DNA of 61,426 nt from NCBI GenBank assembly GCA_016190485.1, contig JACPQN010000139.1, forward strand, positions 1 to 61,426, read 5' to 3'. The position numbers and the translations under genes were made by a program. The notes beneath the pieces were generated by a model, which was not told where the DNA came from, searched no databases, and was given only the letters and a program-made list of their open reading frames with translations. This document shows, piece after piece, positions 44,381 through 53,980 of the stretch. Position 1 is the first letter of the stretch; each line of letters starts with the position of its first letter. Source of the DNA: Chloroflexota bacterium. Its GTDB lineage: Bacteria; Chloroflexota; Dehalococcoidia; SHYD01.

Positions 44381-47300
44381 GTGAACAGCCTCGTGAAGCG
44401 GCTCCTGGAGCAGCGGGACGTCCTGGCGGCTCTGGCGCTGCTGCTCATTCCCCTGCTGTTCCTCTGGCAGGGCGCCCTGGCCGGCAAGGCGCTCCTGCCC
44501 GCGGACGACCTCTACGATTTCCTGCTCTGGCGGCCCTACGGACGTGAGCTGGGCGTGGGTATATCACAAAACCCCCTGGCCGCGGACATGGTGCTGCAGA
44601 ACTACGGCTGGAAGGAGCACCTCAAGGCGACCCTGGGCAGCGGGGAGCTGCCCCTCTGGAACCCCTACATCTTCACTGGCATGCCCTTCCTGGCGGAGGG
44701 GCAGAACGCCGCACTCTACCCCCTGGGCCTCCCGCTGTTCCTCCTGCTACCCACAGCCCAGGCCTACGTGTGGTATAGCACGCTCCACCTCTTCCTGGGC
44801 GGACTCTTTACCTATCTGCTGCTGCGGGCCCTGGGCGCCGGGCGCTGGGGCAGCCTCCTGTCCGGCGCGGCCTTCTCGCTCATGGGGTTTCTCACGGTCA
44901 GCTTCCAGTGGCCCCAGGTGCTGGGTGTAGCCATCTGGCTGCCGTGGCTCCTGCTGTGCCTGGAGCGGGCCTTTCAGCGCGCGGAGGGAGCGCCCGCGGG
45001 GCCACCGGAGAGCAGTCGCCTCAGGTGGCTTGGCACACCCTTCTGGACCCTGGCGGGCGCGGCTGGAGTGGCCCTCCAGTTCCTGGGCGGGCACCTGGAG
45101 ATCAGCTTCTATCTGCTCTTCACCCTCCTGGCCTATAGCCTGTTCCGCCTGGGACTGATGCTCCGGCGGGACGGCCTCTCCTGGCCTGCGTGCAAGGCGG
45201 CCGCCGCCGGACTGGGGATGGTGATCATCGGCGGCGCGCTGGCTGGCGTGCAGCTCGTGCCCTTTGCTGAGCTGGCTCAGTCTACCGTGCGGGCAGGCCA
45301 GGGTAGCCTGGAGCTCGTCCAAAGCAGGGCGCTGCCTGGGCTCCAGTGGGTGGCCTTTCTCCTCCCGGACTTCTTCGGGAACCCTACCCATCACGACTAC
45401 TTCGATGTGGTGCAGGGAGCCCTCCTCCCCGTCCAGGGGTCCCTGGATGCGGCGGGCAGCCCCCGGAGCTATCCCTTCTGGGGCCAGCGGGACTATGTGG
45501 AGGGAACGGCCTACCTTGGGTTGCTGCCGCTGCTGCTGGCGGGCGCCGCGCTGCTGCTGAGACGTGACGCCACCACCTGGTTCTTCGCGGGCTACGGCGC
45601 CTTTGCCTTGCTGCTGGCCTTTGGCAGCCCGCTCTATGGCCCCTTCTACCGCATTCCTGGCTTCGAGCAGGTGCACTCTCCCTTCCGCTGGGTCTTTCCC
45701 TACTCCTTCTGTGTCATCGTCCTGGCGGGCCAGGGCGCCGACGCGCTCCTCCGGGGTCTCGGGCCACCCGACCGGGCCGCAGTCCGGAGGCGAGCTGCGG
45801 CCCTGGCTGTGAGCGCCCTGGTGGCTGGCGCGCTGGCGCTGGCCGGGCTGGCGCTGAGCCGGGCTACGCTGCCCTTCGCGCTGGAGCAAGCGCAACGGCT
45901 CCTGGATCGCTCCACCGCGCTGGCCGCCGCCTTTCCGTCGGCTGAGATGCTCTACTCGTACCAGTTTCGGAACTTCCTGCTCTTCGGCCTGTTGCTTCTG
46001 CTCAGCAGCGGCGCGCTGCTCCTGGCCCTGGCCCGGCCCCGCAGGCTCGGTCCCCTGGCCCTGCTGGCCGTCACGGTGGGCGACCTGGCCCTTTTCGGCT
46101 GGGGTTTCCTGACCTTCACAGCCCCAGAGCTGATGGCCTTCACCCCACCGGCGCTCCGCTGGCTGCGCCAGGACTCCGAGGTCTTCCGGGTCGTCACTTT
46201 CGGGCCGGGTGACACGCTGCCGCCCAACAGCGGGATGCTGGCGGGCCTTCAGGACATCCGGGGGTACGACAGCATGATCCCCCGCCAGTACGTGGGCTTC
46301 TGGCGTCTGCTGGAGGAGCCAGAGGGGCTCCGCTACAGCCAGATCAGCCGGCTGGCACAACCCCAGTCACTGGACTCGCCGCTGCTGGACCTGATGAACG
46401 TGAAGTACGTGCTCAGCGGCGCGCCCCTCGTGCGCCCGGGGTGGACCCTGGTCTACGACGCAGAGGTGAAGGTGTACCAGAACCAGGATGTCCTCCCCCG
46501 GGCCTTCGCCGTCTTCGACGCGCGGCAGGTTCCAGACCTAGAGACGGCCCTCCAGGCCATGGGATCGCCGGGGTACGATCCCGGGAGGATGGTGCTACTC
46601 CAGGGGGAGGCCGCCCTACTCTCGGGCGGTGCGCCGTCAACCGTCTGGCAGCCGGGCAGAGTGCTCCGCTACGAGGCGAACCGGGTGGTGGTGGCCATTC
46701 GGATGCCCCAAGCGGGATACCTGGTGTTGGGAGACGCCTTCTTTCCTGGCTGGCAAGCCCGGGACGAGGCCGGGCGGGCGCTCCCGGTGCTACGGGCCAA
46801 CGGAGTCTTTCGGGCCGTGCATCTGGGCCAGGGCGAGCACACCGTCACCTTTGCCTACGCGCCGGAGAGCCTCCGCCTGGGGCTTTACCTGAGCTTCCTG
46901 GGCGCGGTGGCTCTGGTCCTCACAGCGGCCTACTGGGCCTGGCAGGGCCTGGCGCTGGGCGCGGCGGCCACCACCGGCGTCCAGCGGGTGGTGAAGAACA
47001 GCCTGACGCCCATGGCCGGCCAAGCGCTCACCCGGGCGGTGGACCTGGGCTTCGCCATCGTCATGCTGCGGCTCCTGGGGCCCACGAGCTACGGCGGCTA
47101 CGCCTTTGCGGTGGCTCTCATCGGCTACTTCACCATCCTCACGGACTTCGGGCTGGGCACCCTTCTGACCCGGGATGTGGCCCGAGACCCTGCCCAGGCC
47201 AATCGCTACCTGGTGAACGGGGCGTTGGCCCGCGTGGGGCTCTGGCTGGCCTCGGCGCCAGTCCTGCTGGGCGTGGCGCTCCTGTACCACTGGCTCTTCG

Positions 47301-48406
47301 GACTGTCCCCTGAAGCGGTGGGCGCCACCCTGCTCTTCATGGTGAGCCTGGCGCCCAGCGGCCTGGCGGGGATGCTCAGCGCCCTCTTCTCCGCCCACGA
47401 GCGCATGGAATATCAGGCGTTGATCAGCGTGGGCGCCTCGGTGGTGCGGGCCTCGCTGGGGGTGGCGGCGTTGCTCCTGGGGTGGGGAGTCCTGGGGCTG
47501 GGGGCGGTCTCGGTGGCCAGCAGCGTGGCCATGATGCTGGCCTACCTCCTGGTCGCCTCTCGTACTCTCCCGCGCCTGCGTTTGGAGGCTGACACCGGCT
47601 TCATCCGGGGGATGATCCGGACCGCGGCTCCCCTGATGCTCAACAACCTGCTGAACACCCTGTTCTTTCGGGTCGACATGATGCTGCTGCAGCCCCTACG
47701 GGGCGCCGAAGCGGTGGGCCTCTACTCCACGGCCTACAAGTTCGTCGATGGGCTGCTGATGGTGCCCTCTTTCTTCACGCTGGCCCTGTTTCCGGTGATG
47801 GCCCGTTTTGCCCAGCAGTCGCCGGAGCGGCTGGCGCCGGCTTACGTGCGGGGGCTAAAGGCCTTGCTGCTAGTGGCCCTGCCCGTCACGGTGTGGATCA
47901 CCGTCACCGCTGAACAGCTCATCCTGCTCTTCTTCGGCGAAGCCTATGCGCCTGCGGCCGGCGCGCTGCGCATCCTCATCTGGTTTCTCCCCTTTAGCTA
48001 TGTCAACGGGATCACCCAGTACGTGCTCATCGCCGCCAACCAGCAGCGCACCATCACCGGAGCCTTCGCCCTGGCCGCTGCCTTCAACGTGGTGGCCAAC
48101 CTGATGGCCATCCCCGCGCTGGGGATTGACGGGGCCGCAGTGGTAACGGTGCTGAGCGAGTTGGTGCTGATGGCGCCCTTCCTGCGGGCGGTGCGCCGGC
48201 ACGTGGGTCCGCTGCCGATAGGAGCGCTAGCCCTGCGCCCGGTGGCGGCAACGGCGCTCATGGGCCTGACGCTGTGGTCCCTGAGCCATCTGCCGTTGGC
48301 AGCGCTGACTCTCCTGGGCGCTGGAGTCTACGCCGCCGCGCTGTGGGCGCTGCGGGTCTTTGACCAGGAGGACCGGGCTATCCTGCGGAGCATCCTCGCC
48401 CGATAG
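44381..48406 (+). CDS. 1341-aa polytopic membrane fusion: YfhO-like GT-C glycosyltransferase (about residues 1-865) joined to a Wzx/MOP-type flippase-like domain (about 867-1341)
   Basis: N-terminal part: ELPLWNPYIFTGMPFLAEGQNAALYP, DIRGYDSMIPRQY, MNVKYVLS and VKVYQNQDVLPRAF (YfhO-like). From about 46979: VKNSLTPMAGQALTRAVDLGFAIVMLRLLGPTSYGGYAF plus 12-14 TM segments (polysaccharide flippase-like). Single uninterrupted frame. Confidence 0.8.
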   Translation: MNSLVKRLLEQRDVLAALALLLIPLLFLWQGALAGKALLPADDLYDFLLWRPYGRELGVGISQNPLAADMVLQNYGWKEHLKATLGSGELPLWNPYIFTGMPFLAEGQNAALYPLGLPLFLLLPTAQAYVWYSTLHLFLGGLFTYLLLRALGAGRWGSLLSGAAFSLMGFLTVSFQWPQVLGVAIWLPWLLLCLERAFQRAEGAPAGPPESSRLRWLGTPFWTLAGAAGVALQFLGGHLEISFYLLFTLLAYSLFRLGLMLRRDGLSWPACKAAAAGLGMVIIGGALAGVQLVPFAELAQSTVRAGQGSLELVQSRALPGLQWVAFLLPDFFGNPTHHDYFDVVQGALLPVQGSLDAAGSPRSYPFWGQRDYVEGTAYLGLLPLLLAGAALLLRRDATTWFFAGYGAFALLLAFGSPLYGPFYRIPGFEQVHSPFRWVFPYSFCVIVLAGQGADALLRGLGPPDRAAVRRRAAALAVSALVAGALALAGLALSRATLPFALEQAQRLLDRSTALAAAFPSAEMLYSYQFRNFLLFGLLLLLSSGALLLALARPRRLGPLALLAVTVGDLALFGWGFLTFTAPELMAFTPPALRWLRQDSEVFRVVTFGPGDTLPPNSGMLAGLQDIRGYDSMIPRQYVGFWRLLEEPEGLRYSQISRLAQPQSLDSPLLDLMNVKYVLSGAPLVRPGWTLVYDAEVKVYQNQDVLPRAFAVFDARQVPDLETALQAMGSPGYDPGRMVLLQGEAALLSGGAPSTVWQPGRVLRYEANRVVVAIRMPQAGYLVLGDAFFPGWQARDEAGRALPVLRANGVFRAVHLGQGEHTVTFAYAPESLRLGLYLSFLGAVALVLTAAYWAWQGLALGAAATTGVQRVVKNSLTPMAGQALTRAVDLGFAIVMLRLLGPTSYGGYAFAVALIGYFTILTDFGLGTLLTRDVARDPAQANRYLVNGALARVGLWLASAPVLLGVALLYHWLFGLSPEAVGATLLFMVSLAPSGLAGMLSALFSAHERMEYQALISVGASVVRASLGVAALLLGWGVLGLGAVSVASSVAMMLAYLLVASRTLPRLRLEADTGFIRGMIRTAAPLMLNNLLNTLFFRVDMMLLQPLRGAEAVGLYSTAYKFVDGLLMVPSFFTLALFPVMARFAQQSPERLAPAYVRGLKALLLVALPVTVWITVTAEQLILLFFGEAYAPAAGALRILIWFLPFSYVNGITQYVLIAANQQRTITGAFALAAAFNVVANLMAIPALGIDGAAVVTVLSELVLMAPFLRAVRRHVGPLPIGALALRPVAATALMGLTLWSLSHLPLAALTLLGAGVYAAALWALRVFDQEDRAILRSILAR

Positions 48407-48435
48407 GGCCCCCGGGCCAGCGACGTTGGAGTCTC

Positions 48436-49053
48436 CTATGGAGCGTTTTCAGGCCCCCGGTCCAGGTAGCCATCGTAAAAGCGCTGGAGCTGCCCCTGGT
48501 CGAAGGCGTCCAGCTGGTCCCGGCGGTTCCAGGCCAGGGCCATCAGGGTGGTGCGGAGGCTGGGATCGGGCGCCACGACTAATTTGACATAACCAAAGCT
48601 TGAGCGCCGGAAGCTGTTGTAGAGGCCCTTGAGCTGGCGCTTCAGCTCGTCGCAGCTTTCGGGGCACTTGTACAGCACCACGACGCCGCCGTGCTCCAGG
48701 TTATGGAGCCAGAAGCCGGGCGATATCTCCCGGTCGGAGAACTCCCAGCGGGCCGTGTTGTTGTAGTGGGAGCCGGAAGAGGGGGGATTGCTGGCGTAGG
48801 TCAGGGGGGCGCCCAGCTCCACATGGCCACGGCCTTCGTCGGGCACAGGGACGCCCGGCAGCGGCTGGGTCGCCTCCCGCACCACCCACCAGAGGCCCAG
48901 CCCCAGGCCCAGGGCCAGCAGGCCGACCAGGGCGCCCATCCGCACTCGGCTCACCAGCGCGCGTCGCTGGACCTCTTGCTGCGCCTGGCGTTGCCGCGCC
49001 TCCAGTTGCTGCCGGCGCTGTCGTCGCTGATCTTCTCTCGAGGGTGTCGTCAT
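48436..49053 (-). CDS. Membrane-anchored DUF3105-like protein
   Basis: Arg/Gln-rich N-terminus, one TM segment, then GFWLHNLEHGGVVVLYKCPESCDELKRQL. The family call is by eye. Confidence 0.65.
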   Translation of the reverse strand: MTTPSREDQRRQRRQQLEARQRQAQQEVQRRALVSRVRMGALVGLLALGLGLGLWWVVREATQPLPGVPVPDEGRGHVELGAPLTYASNPPSSGSHYNNTARWEFSDREISPGFWLHNLEHGGVVVLYKCPESCDELKRQLKGLYNSFRRSSFGYVKLVVAPDPSLRTTLMALAWNRRDQLDAFDQGQLQRFYDGYLDRGPENAP

Positions 49054-49070
49054 GCTTCCTCCGGTTCAGC

Positions 49071-50120
49071 TTACTCCAGGGCCGGGGCCAGGGAGCGCAC
49101 GTAGTTGACCACGTCCCACCGCTGCTGCTCGCTTATCTGGTCCTTCAGGGCGGGCATGGCGGTGCCGTCTATGCCGTTGGTGACCCAGTAGAAGAGGTCT
49201 TCGTCGCTATGGGCGAATATATGCCCACCGGCCAGGTCTGCGGGCGGTGGGTTCAGCCCCTTCGCCTGGGGGCCGTCGCCCCGTCCCGCCGGGCCATGGC
49301 AGGAGGCGCAGCGCTCCTCGTAGACCGGCCTCCCTCGGGCGATGGACTCCCTGTCCTCCGGCGTCGGGTTACGCAGGTACTCACTGGGTAGCAGCGGCGC
49401 CAGCAGGGAGCCGATAGCCAGGTAGCCGCCCGCGCACACGCCGGTAGCCCCCAGCAAGAACCCAACGATCCGCTGGGCCTTTGCCCGCGCCAGCCACAGG
49501 GCCAGCAGCACTACCGCCGTCCCCACGATGGCCAGCTCCAGCCCCAGCACCGTCCGGCCGCCGAAGTTGCGCGGCTCCCACCGATAGGGTAACACAGGTC
49601 TGCCGCTGTCGCGCGCCACCCGAGGGCCGATAAGCACCTCATAGGCAGCGGCAGCGCCGTCGGCAGCGCCGCCATCCACGGTGGCGGAGATGCGCCAGCG
49701 CCCCACCATGGTCAGGGAGTTGGCCCGCACCTGATAGCTGCCATCGGGTTCAGGCAGGGCCACCAGGTTCGGAGCGCCCATGGGATGATCCAGCATGTCC
49801 AGCAGCAGCGTGACCCTGCGGGCGTCGCGGATGGTGGCCCCACTGCGGTCGGTCACCACGATGCGGAAGAGACCCTCGCCCACCTGAGCCGGGGAGACGG
49901 AGAGGACCATGACGACGCTGCCCACCTGTCGGGGTTCGATATAGGAGGGGCCGTCCTGCGCCGTGACCGGCTCCTCCCTGGGGAGCAGGGAGCGCAGTCC
50001 GCTCCACCCCAGCAGGGCCAGCAAGGCCAGCAACACGGCGGCCATTACGATCTGGGACGGCCGGGGTCTCGATGCGATGCGCCTTCCGTCGGAGCTGGGA
50101 GTTTCAAGGCTGGCCGTCAT
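49071..50120 (-). CDS. Membrane protein with a FixH/YtkA-like domain and a C-terminal class I c-type cytochrome domain
   Basis: CASCHGPAGRGDG (CxxCH) and a distal Met in GIDGTAMPAL. ATG at 50120. The track start at 50273 adds a Cys/Trp/Arg/Pro-rich, non-protein-like leader. Confidence 0.75.
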   Translation of the reverse strand: MTASLETPSSDGRRIASRPRPSQIVMAAVLLALLALLGWSGLRSLLPREEPVTAQDGPSYIEPRQVGSVVMVLSVSPAQVGEGLFRIVVTDRSGATIRDARRVTLLLDMLDHPMGAPNLVALPEPDGSYQVRANSLTMVGRWRISATVDGGAADGAAAAYEVLIGPRVARDSGRPVLPYRWEPRNFGGRTVLGLELAIVGTAVVLLALWLARAKAQRIVGFLLGATGVCAGGYLAIGSLLAPLLPSEYLRNPTPEDRESIARGRPVYEERCASCHGPAGRGDGPQAKGLNPPPADLAGGHIFAHSDEDLFYWVTNGIDGTAMPALKDQISEQQRWDVVNYVRSLAPALE

Positions 50121-50292
50121 GGGCCACCTCGTTCTCGTGGGATGCCTCCTCCTGGTCCTGGGCCGCGGTGGCCCTGCGGGCCCACCACAGGTAAGCCAGC
50201 AGCAGCAGCAGTACGATGATGAAAGGCGCCAGCTCGTCCAGCCAGCCGGATGCGCCGTGGGCCGCCGGAGCAAGGCCGAAGGCCCGCAGCAC
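50104..50292 (-). CDS. Possible single-TM small protein (62 aa)
   Basis: GTG at 50292. VLRAFGLAPAAHGASGWLDELAPFIIVLLLLLAYLWWARRATAAQDQEEASHENEVAHDGQP. Fills the gap between copCD and the cytochrome gene. Weak RBS. Confidence 0.3.
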   Translation of the reverse strand: MLRAFGLAPAAHGASGWLDELAPFIIVLLLLLAYLWWARRATAAQDQEEASHENEVAHDGQP

Positions 50293-50326
50293 GCTCCCGA
50301 CTCCGAGGACTCGTCGCTGCCGGAGG

Positions 50327-52684
50327 CTACTGAGGAGGAACGATGCTATTGGGGACATTGAACTCTCGGTAGGCACTGGTCATGTAGTGGCCCGGCGCCG
50401 TCATGGTGGTCCTGCGTACCAGATGGTCGTCGACACCGATCCACAGCCGGAAGTAGGCCCCGGTGGCCGGCTGGTAGAACGCCAGGACGTCGCTCTCCAC
50501 GCCATCCGCCGGCTCTCTGGCCACCACGGCGACGTCCGTCGCGCCCTGGGTGTACCGGAAGGAGGGGAAGCGATACTGGAGCTGCGGCGGCAACTCCGTC
50601 TTGCCCCAGCCTTGGCCAGGCGTAAGGCTGTACCGTGCGGGGCCGATAATGACTCCCTGTGGGCCGCCCTCGGCCTGGAAGCTCACGGCGTCGGGCGCGG
50701 CGTAGGTGTACTCGGTGGTCAGCGCTGCCCCACCGGAGCTGCCGCGCAACTCCTGGCGCTCCTTCAGGGCGGCCAGCCCGTTCATGGCCGCCTCGGCCTG
50801 GGCCAGGCGTAACCGCGCCCCCGGCAGGGGGAGGGAGAGAAAGAAGGAGGCTACACTGTCGGGCTGTCCCGGTAGTCGAGCTCGCACGTCGAGCTGCCAG
50901 CGGCCCGCGCTGGGCAGATCAGCCACGGTGGTGTAGCCGTCGCCCTGGGGCGCCAGCGCGATGACCGTGGCGCCGCTGGTCCCGGCGCCGGCCAGGCGCA
51001 CGTCCACCGTCGCGTCCCGCACCGGCTGGCCGACCGCGTCCTGTAAGACCACCACCAGGGTGTTGCGGCCCACGTCCGCCGGGGAGACCCGCAGCACCAC
51101 CAGGCCCTCGCCGGCCGCCTGGGCCAGGGAGACGCCCGGCGCCGGCGTGCTGGCCTGGGCGGCGGGCCCCGGCGCTCCGGCCGCGAGACCGAGGGGCGCC
51201 GGAGGGATGCTGGAGAGCACCCCCACCACCAGCAGCGCCACCACCCCCAGGCCGGCCTCGACGGGCACGGTGCGGACCACTCGGGCGCTGGTCCGGGCCG
51301 TCACGTCCTTACTCGCATCCAGGCGCTGGCCTGCCAGCCGCGGCCCCAGAAAGAGAAGGTGCAGGGCTGCCAGCGCCAGCATGGGGGCGAGGACCACCTG
51401 CTTCAGGAGCAGCGCTCGCCCGTAGTCGGTGCTGAGCAGGTTGGCTGGAGCCACCACCTCCAGCCAGGCGTTGAGCATGCCGGTGGCCGCCAGGACCACC
51501 AGCGCCACGGCGCCGGTGCGGGAGAGGGCTGGCAGCAGCGCCCGCACCACCGCGACCCGCCCTTCGACCCGCTCAGGATACCGCTGGGACGGCTCCCGCA
51601 AGGGTGCCAGGTGGCGCAGGAGCGCGGCTCCGTGCAGAAGGCCTCCCAGCCACAGCACCGCGCCCAGGAGGTGCAGCCAGTCCGCCAGGACCGCCAGCAG
51701 GGCGGGGTCCCTGCCGCTGGCGTGGCTGGTCAGGCTCAGCGTGAGCAGCAGCCCCGCGCCCAAGAGCGCGCTCGCCCACCACCAGGCGCCGGTTCCAAGT
51801 ACAGCAGCTCCTGTCGTCTGAGGCGCGGGGTCCCGCTGGCCGGCTGCACGTATAGCCAGATGGTCCAGCACGCCCATCAGGGCCACGATAAGGACCATCC
51901 TGGCAAGCCACACCATGCCGTAGCGGGTCTGAAGCACCACCCGGCCCACCAGCGACCCATCCATGGCCTGGAGGATCGAGACCCCTGCCACCTGGCTGAC
52001 CTGATAGAGCAGGACGGCCACGCTAAGGACTACAAGGGCCAGGGCGGCCCAGCGGGCCAGGGCCACGGTGTCGAACTCAGCCCGGGTCAGGAGAGCCGCC
52101 TCCGGCGAGTCCGGGGCCAGATCCTGGGCTGCGGGCTGGAGCACGAAGAGCCGGAAGGTCGCGCCGCCCACCAGCAGCACCGTTGCGAGCAGGGTAAGCC
52201 AGCGTAGCAGGGCCTCCGCCGCCAGTGGCCCGCCGTTCCCCTGCTCTATCCCAGCACCCCCGTCAGACGGCGCCCCTACGGAGAACTGAAAGGCGCCGCC
52301 CACTACATGGCCGTCGGTGGAGAGTACCCGCCAGCGGACGGTGTGCGTGCCCTGGGCCAGCGGGCGCAGGTCAGTCTCCAGCCGGCGCACGTCATCCGCG
52401 GCAACCCGTCCATTCCCCAGGTCCTGCCGGACGCCGGCGCCGTCCACCACTAAAAGGGCGTTGAACTCCGCCTCGATGGGCTCGCTGAACCAGAGCCGCA
52501 CCTGCGTCGGTGGCGAGGCCAGCACCGCGCCCGCAGCCGGCTCAGATCGCATCAGCTCGGCGTGGGCAGCGACTCCGGGCACTCGAAGACTCAGGAAGAG
52601 GATCGCGCCCATCCCCAGGCCCAGCAAGGCACGCTGAAGCCGGGATGGAGGGCGCCTGCGGGATGTCGAGCGCCCGGGCTGCAT
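50327..52684 (-). CDS. ycnJ: CopC-CopD fusion copper transport protein (YcnJ-like) with a C-terminal FixH/YtkA-like domain
   Basis: Signal peptide, then mature N-terminal His: AHAELMRSEPAAGAVLASPPTQVRLWFSEPI (CopC). About 8 TM segments (CopD). ATG at 52684. Confidence 0.85.
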   Translation of the reverse strand: MQPGRSTSRRRPPSRLQRALLGLGMGAILFLSLRVPGVAAHAELMRSEPAAGAVLASPPTQVRLWFSEPIEAEFNALLVVDGAGVRQDLGNGRVAADDVRRLETDLRPLAQGTHTVRWRVLSTDGHVVGGAFQFSVGAPSDGGAGIEQGNGGPLAAEALLRWLTLLATVLLVGGATFRLFVLQPAAQDLAPDSPEAALLTRAEFDTVALARWAALALVVLSVAVLLYQVSQVAGVSILQAMDGSLVGRVVLQTRYGMVWLARMVLIVALMGVLDHLAIRAAGQRDPAPQTTGAAVLGTGAWWWASALLGAGLLLTLSLTSHASGRDPALLAVLADWLHLLGAVLWLGGLLHGAALLRHLAPLREPSQRYPERVEGRVAVVRALLPALSRTGAVALVVLAATGMLNAWLEVVAPANLLSTDYGRALLLKQVVLAPMLALAALHLLFLGPRLAGQRLDASKDVTARTSARVVRTVPVEAGLGVVALLVVGVLSSIPPAPLGLAAGAPGPAAQASTPAPGVSLAQAAGEGLVVLRVSPADVGRNTLVVVLQDAVGQPVRDATVDVRLAGAGTSGATVIALAPQGDGYTTVADLPSAGRWQLDVRARLPGQPDSVASFFLSLPLPGARLRLAQAEAAMNGLAALKERQELRGSSGGAALTTEYTYAAPDAVSFQAEGGPQGVIIGPARYSLTPGQGWGKTELPPQLQYRFPSFRYTQGATDVAVVAREPADGVESDVLAFYQPATGAYFRLWIGVDDHLVRRTTMTAPGHYMTSAYREFNVPNSIVPPQ

Positions 52685-52691
52685 GGCGCAG

Positions 52692-53351
52692 CTAACCCGT
52701 CCGCCGGGCGGTGGCCAGGGAGAATACCAGGGTCCCCGCCGCCAGGAGGAGAGCTGCCAGCGATACGGGGAGCGCAATGCCCACAACGTCGGGGCTGGTG
52801 GTTGGCGGGGTGGCCGCACTGGGCTGGACCGTCACCGTCCCCGCAGGCTCGGGGTGGTCCGTGGCCGCGGGAGCGGGCGCAGCCTTGACCTCCGTCACCG
52901 AGGCGGGGCGCTCCGAGCCCTCCGGGCCCGTCCACTCCACCACGCTGCCGTCGGCGTAGGTCTGGAGGGCCCGCCAGGCGATCCTGCCGGCCTCTCGGGG
53001 GTTGCGCGCCTGGAAAAGGAACTCGTCGAACTCGTCCGGTCCCAGAGCGCCTCCCGACCAAGCGATGGCGGTGACCCTTCCGGCCGCGTCCTTCCTGATC
53101 TCGTAGCTCCAACCCGGCTTGGGGGCCAGCTTGGAGAAGGTCACGCCGGGGGGCATTTCGACCTCGACCTTCACCGTAGGGACAGCTCTCTCCGTAGGCA
53201 CCCTGACGGTATAGCGCTCGAAGGCCCCGACGGTAGACTCCCGGGGCCACACCGTCACGTGGGCGCTGGCCACGCTGAGGCCCAGAGCCACCACGCCCGC
53301 CAAACCCAGTACTATGCCCGATATTCTTACTCTCTTGGTAGAGCTCATCAC
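52692..53351 (-). CDS. ycnI: YcnI-like (DUF1775) extracytoplasmic copper-binding protein
   Basis: Signal peptide, then ASAHVTVWPRESTVGAFERYTVRVPTE. C-terminal TM anchor. Confidence 0.85.
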   Translation of the reverse strand: MMSSTKRVRISGIVLGLAGVVALGLSVASAHVTVWPRESTVGAFERYTVRVPTERAVPTVKVEVEMPPGVTFSKLAPKPGWSYEIRKDAAGRVTAIAWSGGALGPDEFDEFLFQARNPREAGRIAWRALQTYADGSVVEWTGPEGSERPASVTEVKAAPAPAATDHPEPAGTVTVQPSAATPPTTSPDVVGIALPVSLAALLLAAGTLVFSLATARRTG

Positions 53352-53449
53352 ATGCTCGCCTTTCTCCTGGAATCTGAATCGCGCAGCAGAACGCCCGACT
53401 CACTGGCCGGCGCCTGCCGTGCCCGCATCAGTACGGAGGCTCTTGGGGG

Positions 53450-53887
53450 CTAGGAAGAGAGGGCGGGAGGCCGTTCCTGGGGAGGCACTACTCGGCCCTG
53501 GAGAGGAGAGGAGAGAGCCGAGTCAGAGCGCCCGCCGAGGGCCGCTATGGCGGCTGGGGCGCTTGAGGGGATAAGCAGGGGGTCGCCCACGCCCAGCAGG
53601 AGCGCCGCGCCGCCGCTGGGCTTCGTGAGCAGGCAATAGTGCCCCCCCTGTTCGTCGGCGTTGGCATGGGTGGCGGCGTCCTGCTCGCCGGTCCGGCCCG
53701 TCTGCTCCAGCAGCTCCGCCCTGAGGTGGTGAGACGCCACTGGAGGGGCGAGAAGGTGATCGATGCAGGTGACCGCGGGGGTGACGACGTAGGCGGCGAA
53801 AAAGACGGCGAGGATGGCCCCGCGAGTGAGGAGTTGCGGCAATGTTAGGGTGCTCCCGGCGTGGAGAAATCGTCGCGGTGCGCTCAC
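53450..53887 (-). CDS. Hypothetical membrane-anchored Cys/His-containing protein, first gene of the copper operon
   Basis: GTG at 53887 lies downstream of the predicted promoter. TM segment GAILAVFFAAYVVTPAV. No family recognised. Confidence 0.3.
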   Translation of the reverse strand: MSAPRRFLHAGSTLTLPQLLTRGAILAVFFAAYVVTPAVTCIDHLLAPPVASHHLRAELLEQTGRTGEQDAATHANADEQGGHYCLLTKPSGGAALLLGVGDPLLIPSSAPAAIAALGGRSDSALSSPLQGRVVPPQERPPALSS

Positions 53888-53922
53888 GGGATGGCCTGGG
53901 AGCGCCGCGGCCCTACTAGCCC

Positions 53923-53951
53923 CAGTGTAAGAAGGAGGCAACCCGCTGTCA
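53923..53951 (-). promoter_or_regulatory. Candidate promoter TTGACA, 17 nt, TACACT on the minus strand
   Basis: Plus-strand TGTCAA at 53946-53951 and AGTGTA at 53923-53928. Confidence 0.4.
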
Positions 53952-53980
53952 AACGTTTCTGCGGAGAGTGTTTAAGAATC

